DNA of 62,925 bases, filler included, from Elsinoe ampelina (Eukaryota), in assembly GCA_010093995.1 (NCBI GenBank). It is 7 parts of 5 records of this genome, joined end to end, with 100 filler letters (N's around TTAATTAATTAA, not from the genome) between each part and the next. Parts side by side here need not be neighbours in the genome. Positions count along the whole stretch, not along the records: positions 1 to 25,857 come from ML992510.1; positions 25,958 to 55,835 come from ML992510.1; 5 more parts are not named here. The stretch is one strand, 5' to 3'. Under the pieces are notes generated by a model, which saw nothing but the letters and a program-made list of their open reading frames with translations, ran no database searches and was not told the DNA's origin. Made by a program: the position numbers and the translations under genes. The first letter of the stretch is position 1. Each line of letters begins with the position of its first letter. Of the stretch, positions 14,624 through 29,055 are shown piece after piece.

Positions 14624-17600
14624 TATTATAAACTAGTAGGATAGCTAAAGTGTAGAGACGTTAGAACTAATTAAACTACTAAGGTTATTACGTAACTCGG
14701 TCTAACGTTTACCTAGTTCTCTATTTTCTCTAGTAGCTCTACCTCTAAAACTATAAAGCGTATAGGTTACTAGTAGATATATACTCTATACTACTCCCGA
14801 CTCTCGCTATAGAGTATATAGAGTATATAGAGAATGTAATAAAGAATATATATATATAGGAATAGTCTTTACCTTATATAAGTACTATAGTTAACCTCGT
14901 CTAGATAATAAATACTAGTATTACTAAGGCTAGCCTTTATAATACTATCTAATTATACTTTATTATCTATAAGATATACCTTCTCTAACTCTTACCTTAG
15001 TACTATACTACTATAGAAGTAGAACTACCTCGTTCTTAGCTTAGCTTAGACTACTAGTATAAGCTATATTTAGATAGTTCGTAACATTTTAACTACCCTT
15101 ACTATAGTATAGTACGCTATAAGGTTAATAAGTAACTCTTGCTCTAAGTTACTATTAGTATCTTTAATTACTAGTAAGCTAGAAAAGCTTACTATTAATA
15201 ATATATCTATTACTAGTTTAACCTCGGGTAAATATAGAAGGTCTCTTAGTATAGAAAAAGAATAGAGTAAGCCTAAGCTAGAAGTAGAACTCTTCTATAG
15301 GGACTACGCTTACTTAAGGCACTTCCTTATTTAACTTAAAGCCTTCTTTACCCTAGAAGGAGATAAGTACGCTAACGACGTAGTAAAGGTCCTCTATACT
15401 AGGATATACCTTAAAGGCGCTACCTTCGAGTAGTTTAAGCCTTATATAAGTAGCTACCTAGATAGATAACTAGGCCTAAATATAAAGGCTATCTTTATGA
15501 GCTTTAGCATCTTCTAGGCAAAGATTAAGTAAGTCTTTAATATATCTAATAAGGAATATATTACTACGATAAAGATCTAATAACTATAATAATATAGGTC
15601 TATAGCCTAGTACTATTCCTAGTTCTAATAACTTATAATATACCTAGACTAGAATAATAGTGCTAAACATTTAGTATTCTACTAAGGACTAAGCGACTTA
15701 GTTAAAGACTAAATAATACCTAAGCTACCTAATAGCCTCTAGAAGCTAGTAGATACTATAATTACTATTAATAATAGACTTTATAAACGACATATAGAGC
15801 GTCGTAGAGGATATAAGGTAAATACTAGATATATGTGTTCCTTCTAGAACTATAGAGACCCTATAGAACTTAACGCTATATACGAAGGTTACCTCTTATA
15901 GGTATAAGGCTAAGGCTATAGAGGAAAGTTCCTTAGTAGAAAAGTAAGAGAGAAGTATAGATAAGATAATCTATATTTTAAGTATAAAAGACCTAGGTAT
16001 TAAGCTAGGGACTACTAATAAGAGGCGCTAGCTAATAGATTATATATAATAGTTACTAGGCTAGTAGAGAAAAAGGCTAATACTACTATAGAAGACCTAA
16101 CAACCTTTAGTATAGGTAAGGAAATATAGAAGAAGTCTATAACAACTTAAGAGGTAAGAGAATCCTCTCTAGATATTATACTTAATATCTCTATAACTAA
16201 TAGTAAATAATAAAGCTAATACGCGACGCTATTATAGATAGTATATTATAATAACTCTTGTTATATTTACTTATTAGATAAGTAGAGATCTAGTTAGTTC
16301 CTACATAAGCTATCTAAGTATAGGTAACTAACGAAATAGCTAGACTAGGAACCTAACCTAGAAGAGCTCTCTATAATTAGTAGTAATAGTAACTAACTTT
16401 AGAGGGTAGTTAGCAACAATTACTAATATACAATTATTAAGACAAAGTATTAGGACGTAAGTACTATATAATAATATAGTAGTCTTACTTTTAGCCCTTA
16501 TAGCGAACTATAAGAAAAGGCATATTATATGTCGCTCTAGAAATATACAAGTCTAGATTATAAATAGTACTATACTATCTACTTATATAATGTACTTAGA
16601 GAAGATACTATTAGTCTTAAATACACTATAGACTTCTTAGTAATCGAAATAGGTAGTACTATCCCTTATAGCTAAGTAAGAGAATATACTTAGTATAGCC
16701 TTACTAATTATAACTATACTAGAGGTAGTAGCGATAAAGAGAAATATAACAAAGAATACACTAAACAACTATAATATAATAACATAGATAAAGACTTATT
16801 TAACAATAACAACAACAATATACTACTACTAGGTAGGCGACTTAAAGTATACCTTATAGAGATATAGAGGAATTATATAATAATATATACCTACTACTAG
16901 AATAGGACATAATAAGACAAATCTATATAACTTACTTTTATCTTTAATACTAATACCTAGCTATACCTAGAGGGAATAGTTATACTAATATAGGTATACG
17001 ACACTACTTAGTATAACTAGTAGAGAATTATTAGACTTTATAGTTACTAAGGAACTTAAGCGCTAGAAGTTTACCTTATTATATTAAATAGCGATAAAAC
17101 ACAACTTACCTAATAGATATAGTACTAATAATAGATACGTATAGAAAGGGATTAGCTACTTATCTAAGGAGCTATAATAACAAAAAACTAGCTAGTTATT
17201 ACCTAATAAGGTAAGACAATAATACTAGCTAAAGCCTTAATATAATAAAGATCTATATATTAAATTACTTTATACTAGAAGTCTAGATATAAGGAAATAA
17301 GGTAAGAGTAATAATAGATTTAGGAGCTAACTATAGCTACGTCTCTATAATAATTGCTAATTAGCTTAAACCTTATTAATATTAGAAGGAGTTACCTTAC
17401 CTACTTACTATAGTAGATAGAACTCTTATAGGGAAGAATAGGAAAGTTACTTAGGAACTATAAAATATTATAGTTTAAATTGAAACATATATAGAAAAAT
17501 AATTAATCGATATAGTTAATATATAGTATAATATAGTACTTAGTATAAACTAGCTTTAATAATATAATCTAGACATAGACTAGATTAAAGAAATATTTAA

Positions 17601-20600
17601 ATTCTCTAAGTATAATTATAGGACATAGGAAGTATAATTAGCTCTATAGATACTAACTATAAGAATAGTATAGGTACGACTAATAGTTAGGGCTATTACT
17701 AGCGTAAGTAATTAAGTACTTCCGCTAGAATATAAAGACTTTAAGGACTTATTTAAAGAAAGAGAAGATATTATAGCCTTACCCTAATATAGACTATAGA
17801 ATTACAAAATACCTTTTAAAGAGGGTAAATCCCTAATATACTATTAAGGTCTTATACTACTATTAAAATAAGAGGAGAATATTCTTAAGAACTATATTGA
17901 TAAGTACTTACTTAAAGGATTTATATAACTATTAAAATTACCTATTATATATAGAGTACTTTTTATACTTAGAAAGGATAGAATATTATAAATATATATT
18001 AATTACTAGAAACTTAATATACTTACTAGGAAGAATTACTATCCTCTACTAAGGATTAATAAACTTTAAGACTAACTACTTAGAGCTAAATAGTTTACTA
18101 TAATCGATATTAAGGACGCTTATTATTAAGTATAAATAAAGGAGAGTAAGAAGTAGAAAACGGCTTTTAGAATATAATAGAGTTTATATAAGTACCTCGT
18201 TATACTCTTTAGGTTAACTAACGCTCCTATAACCTTCTAAGAGTTAATTAATAATACTCTATAAGAATACCTTAATAACTTTATCTTAGTATATTTAGAT
18301 AATATTATTATCTTCTTAAAGATATATAACAAATATATAGGATATATTTATAAAGTACTATAGAAACTAAAAGAGAAAGACTTACTAGTAAAACTCTCTA
18401 AGTATAAGTTCTATAAGTATAAGATACAATTTCTAAGCTATATTATATCTACTAATAGTATTAGACTCGATCTAAAGAAGATTAAGTTAGTAAATAACTA
18501 GCTAGAACCTATAATAGTTAAGGAGGTTTAAGCGCTACTAAAGTTCTTTAACTACTACTATAAGTTTATTAAGAGATTCTCTAAGGTAGCTACGCTAATA
18601 TCTAACCTTACGAAAAAGGAAACTAGCTTTATCTTTAACAAAAAATATAGGTAGGCCTTTAAGGAGCTAAAGCTTAGGCTTATAATAGTACCTATCCTAG
18701 TACTCTTTAACCTAGACTAATAAGTACTACTAGAAATAGATGCCTTAGACTTTATAATAGAAGTATATCTAGTATAGAAGGACGTAGAAGAATAATACTA
18801 CCTAATTATATACTACTTACGAAAAATAACTAGACCTAAACTTAACTATAATATATATAATAAAGAATTACTTACAATTATAGAAGTATTCCGTAAGTAG
18901 AGAGTATACCTAGAAGAAATAACCTTACCTATATAAGTCTATACTAACTATAAGAACCTTCTATATTAGACAATAACTAAGGTTCTTAATAGATAATAGG
19001 TCTAATAGTTAGAAACACTTATAAGCTATAACTTCTAGATCTACTATATTAAGGAATTAGAAAACAAAGAAGTAGACGCTCTTAGCTACTAGCTAGATTA
19101 CTTAAAAAATATAACAATAATAGAGGCCTCTATACTAAAGTAGTAGAATAGCGCTCTAGTCTATAAGTACCCGAAGGTAAAGTAGTTATATAGCCTTACC
19201 TAGGAGCTTACGTAAGAATAGAAAAAAGAAGTTATTTAAATATACTATAATAACCTAATAGTAGAACATAGTAGGATCGATAAGACTATTAAACTTATTA
19301 TATAAAACTACCTCTAGAAAGAACTCTAAAATAATATTAAGACATATATTACTATAAATAATATATACTATAAGTCTAAATACTCTTAATATAAACTATA
19401 TAGTATACTATAACCCTTACTACTACTAGATAAACTATAGTAATTGGTTATAATAGACTTTATAGGACCTCTACTACTATTAGAAGAACCTCTTATAGGT
19501 ATAAAGTATAATAGTATTCTAGTTCTAGTAGATAGGTTTATAAAGTATTACTACTTTATACTATATAAGATAATAGTAACTACTAAGGATATAGCCTTTA
19601 CCTTTCTCTAAATAATTGTTTTATAATATAGAGTACTACGAGACCTAATAACTAATAGGGATAAGCTATTTACGTTACAATTCTAGTAATTATTTATAGA
19701 CCTACTAGGAGTTAAATATAAGCTATTAATCTTCTTTTATCTATAAACGGACAAATAGACTAAATAGGTAAATTAAGTACTAGAGTAGTACCTATAATAC
19801 TACCTAAACTATAAGTAAGACTTATAAGTAATACTATTACTACTCGTAGAGCTTGCTATTAATAATAAAAAATTAGTAAATAGAATTTTACTATTCTATG
19901 TAAACTATAGAATATACCTAGATCTATACTATAATATACTTAGAATTAAACTAATATCTAAGGATGCTAATATACTAGTAGCTAACATTAAGAAACTATA
20001 TAACTAGCTATACTACGATATAGCGTTTATATTATAGAGAATAGTAAGCTTTACTAACTAAAAGAGAATTATAGGACTAATTCTATAGGAGAAAGAGAAA
20101 GTTTACCTCCTTAGTAAAAATATTAAAACGAAATAACTAAGTAAGAAACTTAACTACACTAAACTAGGACCCTTTAAGATCCTAGAAAAGAAAAACAAAA
20201 ACGTATATAAACTAGAACTACCTAGATATATAAGAATCTACCTAGTCTTTTATATATTACTATTAGAGAAAGCACTATAGGACGTAGTACCTAGACCTAT
20301 TAAACTAGATAAAGAAACATAGGAGCTATAGTATAAGATTAAAAGGGTTTTATGTTATAAATCTATAAGGGAAAAGCGTTACTATCTTATCTACTAGAAA
20401 GAATATTAGTATAGTAAGGTAATATAGGAACTAGAGAAACACCTTACCTCGTAAGTAATTCTAGATTACTAAACTAAAAACCTATCCTAAGTAAACCGAC
20501 TAGGTAGGCTAGACGCTACTAATACTAAATAAAAACAAGAATGCCTAAGGAAGACTACTTAGCTAATAGAAGTACTCTAATCGTTACTAAATAGAGAACC

Positions 20601-21644
20601 CTAATCGGAGTTAGGCATAAATAATTACTAATTCTATAGTAGGACAGGATCTACTAATAATAGTATTTCCTCTTACTCTAGAACTTAAATATAGGTCTCC
20701 TCTAGAGAAATTACTTTCTCTACCTTATTCTCTAATTTCTATATCTCTTCGCATAGGTAAAGCTTATCGCCTATAACTCTTTAATAAGCCTCTTTTGCCT
20801 TTTTATAAGCTTCTTTAGCTTCCTTTCTAGTAGCCTTAGCTATAACTAATTCCTTTTATAAACAAATATACTTAGACTAGAGACGCTACTATTTCAATTT
20901 TATTACCTAAATATTATAACCTAAGTAGTTACTTACAACATACTAGCTATAAATACCCGACTAAATATAGACTTTATAGTCTAGCTCTTTTAACTTATAA
21001 CAAGAGTAAGCTTATAGTATACTAGTTCTAAATAGTTTAATAAACTCTAAGAGGTTCTTTCGTATAAATATACTAGATTTACTATGCCTTTAACGACTAG
21101 GAGGTATATTTAGTATATAGCGTAAGAAGATAAGGAAGAATACTTACTTATTAGAATAACTCGATTAAAGGAGAAAAGTAATGTTACGAACTAGTAGGAT
21201 AGCTAGAGTATAGAGATGTTAGGACTAATTAAACTACTAAGGTTATTATATAACCTAGCTCGACATTTACTTAGTTCTCTATCTTCTTTAGTAGCTCTAC
21301 CTCTAAAACTATAGAGTACGTAGGTTACTAGCGGATGTATACTCTATACTACTTCTAACTCTTGCTATGGAGTATATAGAGTATATAAAGAACGTAATAG
21401 AGAACACATATATATAGGAATAGTCCTTACCTTATATAAGTACTATAGTTAACCTCGTCTAGATAGTAAATACTAGTATTACTAAGGCTAGCCTTTATAA
21501 TACTATCTAATTATACTTTATTATCTATAAGATATACCTTCTCTAACTCTTACCTTAGTGCTATACTACTATAGAAGTAGAACTATCTCGTTCTTAGCTT
21601 AGTTTAGACTACTAGCGTAGGCTATGTTTAGATAGTTTATAATA
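14624..21644 (+). mobile_element. Gypsy/chromovirus LTR retrotransposon, family A, complete copy A1 (7021 bp), RIP-inactivated
   Basis: 463-bp LTRs at 14624-15086 and 21182-21644. TSD attct (14619-14623) / gttct (21645-21649). PPT aaaggagaaaag before the 3' LTR. Zn knuckle ~15973-16015, RT VYLD(N/D)II ~18290, RNase H LE.DA.DF ~18730, integrase ~19250-19950, chromodomain ~20330-20470. Confidence 0.95.
20559..21107 (-). pseudogene. RIP-mutated ORF antisense to Gypsy A1; inferred Zn2Cys6-like domain followed by a coiled coil
   Basis: De-RIPed reading MPPSRQ..RKNLLEFI..FG...QACSxCELKELDCKVHIRSGICGQCVxSNxSGCDIRVT..EWQRL...KEAEEAHEKAKEA.. gives C-x2-C-x6-C-x8-C-x2-C-x7-C. Boundaries approximate. 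Confidence 0.62.
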
Positions 21645-24600
21645 GTTCTATAGCGCTCTACTCTTGTCTCTACTACTCTCTACTTGTAAATATAGCTTTA
21701 TAATCTCGAGGTCTTATTCTTATAGTAGCTCTACTACTAATATTAGGTTAGTAGATAGATCTTTAAAGAGATCCTCTCTCGTAGTTACTATAAGTACAAC
21801 TCGCTAGGTCGTTATAAGCCCCTAGGAGTTCTTAGAAGAGAAGTCGCTACTATATAGCGTATAGGCAGCCTAGGCCTATTCTAGGGCAGCCTCGTATATA
21901 GTGTAGATATGTCTAATAAGCGAGGTAGCTTCCTTAACATCGGTAGTTTAGTCCTATATACGAAGCTTATTCTAAAGGGTAGAAAGGAGATATAATACCT
22001 CTTACTCTTCTACTACGTAGTTAGAGTGCCTCGAGGGTATATTAGCTAGGTTCCTTATACCTAGCTAATACTCTATTATAAAGTTAAAAGTAGTAAGGAA
22101 GGTAGCCTAGTAAGCTTATTAGCTATTTAGCTATTTTAGCTTTATAAATCCTTAAAGATTATTATAGTTAGTAAGTACTTAAATTATATACGAGGCACCT
22201 TCGAGATAGTATTACTATTACTTAAATATATATACGATCGCTAATAGCTCTTAGTTATATATCTTATAATTGTACTTAGCTAAGATAAACTTTCTTAACT
22301 AAAAGGTAATTAGGTACTAAGTACTATCGAATAGCTAGGATAGAATCGCCGCTACTATAAACTTTAATATATTACTCTTAATATATAGAGGTAGTATAGG
22401 ATCGTAGTAACGAAGGATAGAGACATACGTAAAGGTGTCTCTAATGTTCTTAAATGTCTACTATTTACTTATGCCCTATATAAAAGAGCTATACTTACGA
22501 CCTTTAACTAAGCCTTTAAGAAGGCTAGAGAGGAGAGTAATAATCTTAGAGTAGTGCTATACGAAGCAATAATAGAAGTTTATAAAGCTAGTAAACTACT
22601 AGACCTTATAATAACTCTTTAGCCTCGGCTAATTCTTAATTATAGTTACTCTACTAGGATCTATTAAGACGCCTACGGTAGAGATAATATAGCTAAGGAA
22701 TTTTACCTCCTTAGTAAAGAATTTACATTTCTTAAGGTTAGTATATAAAGTAAACTTCCATAGCCTCGCTAGAATCTTATAAATATAACATATATAGTTC
22801 TCCCTTAAATTGCTATAGATAAGAATATTATTAAGGTAGACAATATAGATAGTATTAACTAGCTTACCTAGCGCCTTATTAATATACGCTTAGAAGGTAG
22901 CTAGAGCGTTAGTTAATCTAAAAGGCATAACTAAGTACTTAAAATAGCTATAGTATATACGGAATATAGTCTTCTACTTGTTACTACGCTTAATAGGGAT
23001 CCTATAGTAGGCATCCTTTAGATTTAACTTCGAAAACTACTAGGCTTACCTAAGCTAATTAAGTGTCTTACTAATAAGTAGAAGCGAGTAGTAATTCTTA
23101 ATAGTTATCTTATTTAAGCCCCGATAATCTATATATAAGTATAGACTACTATCTTTCTTAGGCACGAATAGAATAGAAGTACCTACCTTACTTATAGAGT
23201 GCCTAATTTACCTATTTAATTAAGTAGTCTCGAGATAGTCCTTAAGTACTTTAAGCTCCTTAACTAAAAGATTATATAAGGGCTAGAATAGAGGCCTTCT
23301 ACCTAGCTCTAGCTTAATTATATACTTGGTGCCTAGTAGGCGTAGTAGATTTGTAATATTCTTATAGACAAAGATGTCGAAGAACTCTATAAACTCTAAT
23401 AGTAGAGCTAGGTCGCCTACGGTGTAAGTATAGTCCTTAGATAGAGTCTATACTATAGTATATACCCTCGGCTCGTTCTTAAGGTCCTTTATAAAGTCTT
23501 CTAGTTTATATAAGCGAACTATATATAAGAAGTAGCTATATAACTAGTTATCTATAGCGCTATCTATAATTATATACTATCTTCTCTACTATAGGTACTC
23601 TAAAATGACTAGAGAGCCTAGTTCTAAGTCTATAGCGTAGAAGAGGCCGATTGTCTCCCTAAGGTCGCTATAGAAGTCTACTAGACATATGCGAAGCTAG
23701 TACACGCCGTAGTAAAATCCGGCTTACTCTATAAAGGAGAAGATACTTAGATACTAAGTATACTTAACTCTTAGCAGATCGTAACGAAGGGTAAATGCCT
23801 AAGACATAAGATTAACTTCTATATAATTGTCTATAAGGAACATATAGTCTTTATGCCTTATAGGTGCTATAATAGCGCTATAATAGAGTAGCAATAGATA
23901 AGCGTTAATTAGAAGGGAAGAAGGGCTTAGTTATACTCTTTAGCTAAGCCCTTAGAGTTTCCTAACTTAGAGTTATTAGACTTATCTATAGTAGTAACCT
24001 TATATACTACCTAAGACTTACTATTCTTCTATAGGTACTTCGACCTATACTCCGGCTTAATATAACTAGTTTTGCTATAACTATAGTACTTAGCGTCTCT
24101 CTTCTACTTGTCGGAGGAACCTCTCTAACTACTAAACTATTTAATAGGTAGGTTAGTAGCTTTACGCTTATAGCAAGCTTAAGAGCTACTACTAGACTAG
24201 TAGTAGTATCCTTCTTAGGGGCTACTATAACTACTATACTTACGTAGGTAGTTACTTTTATCTTCTCGTATAGCGCGCTTACTACTAGTATAGTCTATAG
24301 ACTCGATATATAAGCCTAAAGAGACTAACTTCTAGCGCGTAGCTAGAATAGTATAGTATTTAATAATAGTAGTACGTAGTATAGGCTATAGCTTAGTAAG
24401 GAGATAGTATACCCTCTACTCTTTAGAGTAGAAAGCTAGTTACTCCTTAAGGGTAGTAAGTTCCGAGGTAAAGGCCTAGATAGATTAGCCCTTACGTTGT
24501 TAGGCTCTCTTATATACGAGAGTTACGCGTACCTTACAATTAATAGGGTCGTTAACTACGTCCTATATAAACTAGCGGAATTGCTTCTATATATAGTCTT

Positions 24601-25901
24601 CTAGGCTATCTATGTAGTAGTAGTAATACTATATCTTATCTAGCTTGCCTATAAGAAATATAACTCTATAGAGTACCTTCTACTAGTTAGTAGAATAAGC
24701 CTTAGAGGCTAGAGTAAAGATAACCTTAAGATTCTTTAGGAAGAATCTTATCTCTTTTAGAGTCTTACTCTAGTAGAGATAGAGTTCTCTTAGTCGAGGT
24801 TATCTAGAGAATAGCCTTACGAATAGTCCGCTACTACTATATATACTCTATATACTAGTATTACTTACTATAGGCTTAGTAGAAGTATACGAGCTATAAT
24901 CGAAGCTCCCTTAGTAGTATTCTATATCGCGTATATAGTATATTTACTTAATCTCTTCCTCGAGGCTCTAAGCCTTAAGCTCTAGCTCTAAGTACTTACG
25001 CTTAGTATATAGGTATAGTAGCTACTCCGCGAGAGTCTCTTCTTTCTCTAGGGGAGTCTACTTAATAGAGTCTATTTCTATAACATTAATAATATAAGGC
25101 GCTAGCGCCTTACTAATAGAGTTCTAGTTGTCTATAGAGTCTAATAGATTATAACTATAGGTAGAGTAATTAGAACTATTAAAGCCTTATATTAAAGCTA
25201 TATATGTCGTAATATAGAGAACACCTATCTAACTAAATAGTCCGTTAGTAGTAGAACTAATTACTATTAAGTTTAAGGCGTAAGCGCTATATAAGATAAG
25301 TAGGTATATTACGTAAGTAAGACTAGCCGCTACTAAGTGCCGCTCTAATACTAGGCCCTTACAACTAGCCTATTATTATTAAGAAGATTCTTTCTTAGCT
25401 CTTATATAGGAATCTTCTTAGTTTTAGTATAGGTAATCCTATTACTAATATAGATTATAAACTTTATAACTATATACTAGAGTTTAAGAGGTGCTCTATA
25501 ATTAATAAAGATATATCTTATTCTAAAAATAACTACTTTATTAGTAGCCTTAGATTTACTATTTTAGTATTAAATATTAGATATAGAGATATTCTATCTC
25601 TACCCTTTAAGATAAATAGCTATTACTAGTTTATAGTTCTTAAATTTACCTCCTCTATTAGAGATAAAGATAAATAAAAGCTTATTATAGGCTATTTTAT
25701 TCCTTATATAGATAAGTTTAATTACTACTAGTATATTACTCTTAAGAAAGAGAATAGTAATAAACTTATACTTACTTTTACTATATATTATAAAGAGAAA
25801 GTATTTATAGCTCTTACTTAACTATAGTTTAATAGGACTAATAAGGTCTAGATAGAGNNNNNNNNNNNNNNNNNNNNNNNNNNNNNNNNNNNNNNNNNNN
25901 N

Positions 25902-25913
25902 TTAATTAATTAA
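25902..25913. other. Artificial contig-join linker TTAATTAATTAA inside a 100-nt N spacer (also at 55880-55891, 57269-57280, 58630-58641, 60250-60261, 61867-61878)
   Basis: Identical 12-mer centred in six equal-length N blocks; gives stop codons in all six frames. Confidence 0.95.
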
Positions 25914-28900
25914 NNNNNNNNNNNNNNNNNNNNNNNNNNNNNNNNNNNNNNNNNNNNCTTTTACTAGTTAGAGGTTATATATTAAATAGTATAATAAGGA
26001 AGTTAATATCCTTATTTTATATATATATTAGTAGTTAATTAATATTAACTATAGGATTAAAGGTTAAATATAGTTTACTAATAACTTTAGGTAGTAGTAT
26101 TATAAGGTCTTTACCTTTATAATTAGTAATAATAAGTTACTTCCCTTGTTTATTAATAGGTTAAGGATCTAGTTTAGAATATTAGTATTACTTCTTCTAT
26201 TCTTTAATAGGAGTAGATAATTATTATTTATATCTAGGAATTAAAAGGTAGTTAGATGTTAGTTGTTTAGCTTAAGGTTATTTAGCCTAAGTAGTTTATA
26301 GATTCTTATAACTAAAGGGTAGTTAATTATAGCTATAGCCTTAATTATAATTACTACTAAATATCTACTCTCTCTAAAGCTATAAAGCCTTAGGTTATTA
26401 TACCTATAGGATATATAGCTATTTAATAACTTATATTACCTAGTCTTTATAGACTATGTTTTTATTAAATATTATATAGAGTAATATAATAATCTTTCCC
26501 TTCTAATCTTACTAAGTATAATACTAATAGAGTATCTAGATAAGGTAATTAGTCATTAAGTTATTCTATATACTAATATACTAACTAAGTAGTACTCTAG
26601 CTTAGAATTTATATAATTTAGAAATATATTAGTTATAGATATAGGCTCTATAGCTAAAGTATCTAATATAAGTTAATAAGACTAGCCTATTATTATTAAG
26701 AAGATTCTTTCTTAGCTCTTATATAGGGATCTTNNNNNNNNNNNNNNNNNNNNNNNNNNNNNNNNNNNNNNNNNNNNNNNNNNNNNNNNNNNNNNNNNNN
26801 NNNNNNNNNNNNNNNNNNNNNNNNNNNNNNNNNNNNNNNNNNNNNNNNNNNNNNNNNNNNNNNNNNNNNNNNNNNNNNNNNNNNNNNNNNNNNNNNNNNN
26901 NNNNNNNNNNNNNNNNNNNNNNNNNNNNNNNNNNNNNNNNNNNNNNNNNNNNNNNNNNNNNNNNNNNNNNNNNNNNNNNNNNNNNNNNNNNNNNNNNNNN
27001 NNNNNNNNNNNNNNNNNNNNNNNNNNNNNNNNNNNNNNNNNNNNNNNNNNNNNNNNNNNNNNNNNNNNNNNNNNNNNNNNNNNNNNNNNNNNNNNNNNNN
27101 NNNNNNNNNNNNNNNNNNNNNNNNNNNNNNNNNNNNNNNNNNNNNNNNNNNNNNNNNNNNNNNNNNNNNNNNNNNNNNNNNNNNNNNNNNNNNNNNNNNN
27201 NNNNNNNNNNNNNNNNNNNNNNNNNNNNNNNNNNNNNNNNNNNNNNNNNNNNNNNNNNNNNNNNNNNNNNNNNNNNNNNNNNNNNNNNNNNNNNNNNNNN
27301 NNNNNNNNNNNNNNNNNNNNNNNNNNNNNNNNNNNNNNNNNNNNNNNNNNNNNNNNNNNNNNNNNNNNNNNNNNNNNNNNNNNNNNNNNNNNNNNNNNNN
27401 NNNNNNNNNNNNNNNNNNNNNNNNNNNNNNNNNNNNNNNNNNNNGCTTATAGACTTTAAAGTTCTTAAGCTATTTAACTCTTTTAAAGTGTTTAATAAGG
27501 CTAACTTCCTTTCTATCCTTTATTAAGGATTTACTAACTATAGAGATACTAAGTTCCTCTTTATTCTAAAGATTAAATATAAGAGTATTTAGTAATAATA
27601 GTAAGTATATATAATTATAAAGCTTAATAATTAACTTCTTACCTTTACTATTAGTTAAGGTAAGCCTAACTATACTAACTTCTATATTAAGTAGCTTCTT
27701 TATACTAATAGCTTATTTAAATTTAAGAATACCTTTATATATCTTAATTATTAAGAACTATAACTTATCTTTAATAAAGTACCTTAATACACTAGAGTTA
27801 TAAATTACTCTATTCTTACTATAGGTTAAGAATAATAATATAGACACTACTACTGCCCTATAGACTAGTATAATAATATTAATATTAGTATTAGAGTGTT
27901 TATCTAATTTACTTACCTTAGTAAGTTCTCTAGATTCTTTATTAGCTACTTAACCTTTAACTTTTTTAGTCTTTAACTTGTTACTTTTACCTTTAGCCTT
28001 TATACCTTTATTATTTAACCTATCTTTATTATTTCTTTTACTTTAACTCTTTAGTACTTTCTTAGAGTACTACTTAAAGTAATCTATATTAGAGTAGATA
28101 TAATAAGTATACTAAGTATATTAATCCTTAATATAACTAGCTACTCTATAAATAGGGTTTAGATTAGTTTTTCTATTATATAGGGGCTTCTATATTCTAA
28201 GAGAGCCTATTATCTCTTTAAGACTCTTCTTATAGTTAAGGCTAGATCTTTAGCTCCTTAACTATTTAGTAGTCTCTATTTCTATAATAAACATAGTCTT
28301 AATATAGTATAGAGAGAGCTTAAACTTATCTAGTTTAGTACTAATAGTACTTACTCTTTGCTCTATAGTAATAGTATATTAATAATAGTACTTTATAAAA
28401 TCTTTATAGTACCTTTAGGTATTATAACTTATTATAATTACCTTGTTAAGGTTATAGATAGCTATATATAGCTTATATAAAATAATAAGTTTAAATATAG
28501 CTTTAATAGTGTCTAGAAGTTCCTTTAAAGTCTTCTAAGTTATACTATAGTAAGGTCTAATAGATTTATAAATCCTTATTATAATAATACTATAAGTAAT
28601 TCTATTATTCTTATACTAGGTCTTATTCCTAACCTTATAGACTACCTTAGTGCCTTTACTAGTATCTAGGGCTAGTTCTTTAGACTTTATAACTACTAGT
28701 ATCTAGTTAATGCTATAAATTATATATCTAAGTATATCCTTTTTAAGGAGAGCTATCTTAAGAGTTAATCTCTAAGTATTATAGTTACTTTCTCTCTTAA
28801 GAATCTAAGTCTTAAGTATTTTTGCTAATCTAGATATAATAATAGTAATTAGCTAAAGGCTTTTAATTAATGTAATTAGCTTATTTAAGCTATTTAAGCT

Positions 28901-29055
28901 GTTTAATTAAAGGGTTAATACGGGCTACTATAAGTGTTTATCTTAATATAGCTAGTTTAGAATTTAGTGTTACTAGCTTAGTAATCCTTTTAATAATAAC
29001 ACGCTTAATTTGCTATAGCTTTAAGTGCTTTTGTAGAAGTACTAGGCTTATAACC

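Larger units (their letters stand above)
11655..25363 (-). mobile_element. Gypsy/chromovirus LTR retrotransposon, family B, full length (interrupted by Gypsy A1), RIP-inactivated
   Basis: 187-bp LTRs at 11655-11841 (3', with adjacent PPT) and 25177-25363 (5'). Perfect 5-bp TSD actag at 11650-11654 and 25364-25368. RT IVYL(NN=DD)IL at ~22821-22844, integrase ~13500-14600, chromodomain ~13290-13450. Confidence 0.92.

Noticed and set aside
25858..25957. Recurrent palindromic TTAATTAATTAA motif (six occurrences)
   Set aside because: Always centred in 100-nt N spacers: an assembly linker, not biology. Order and orientation across these joins are unreliable.
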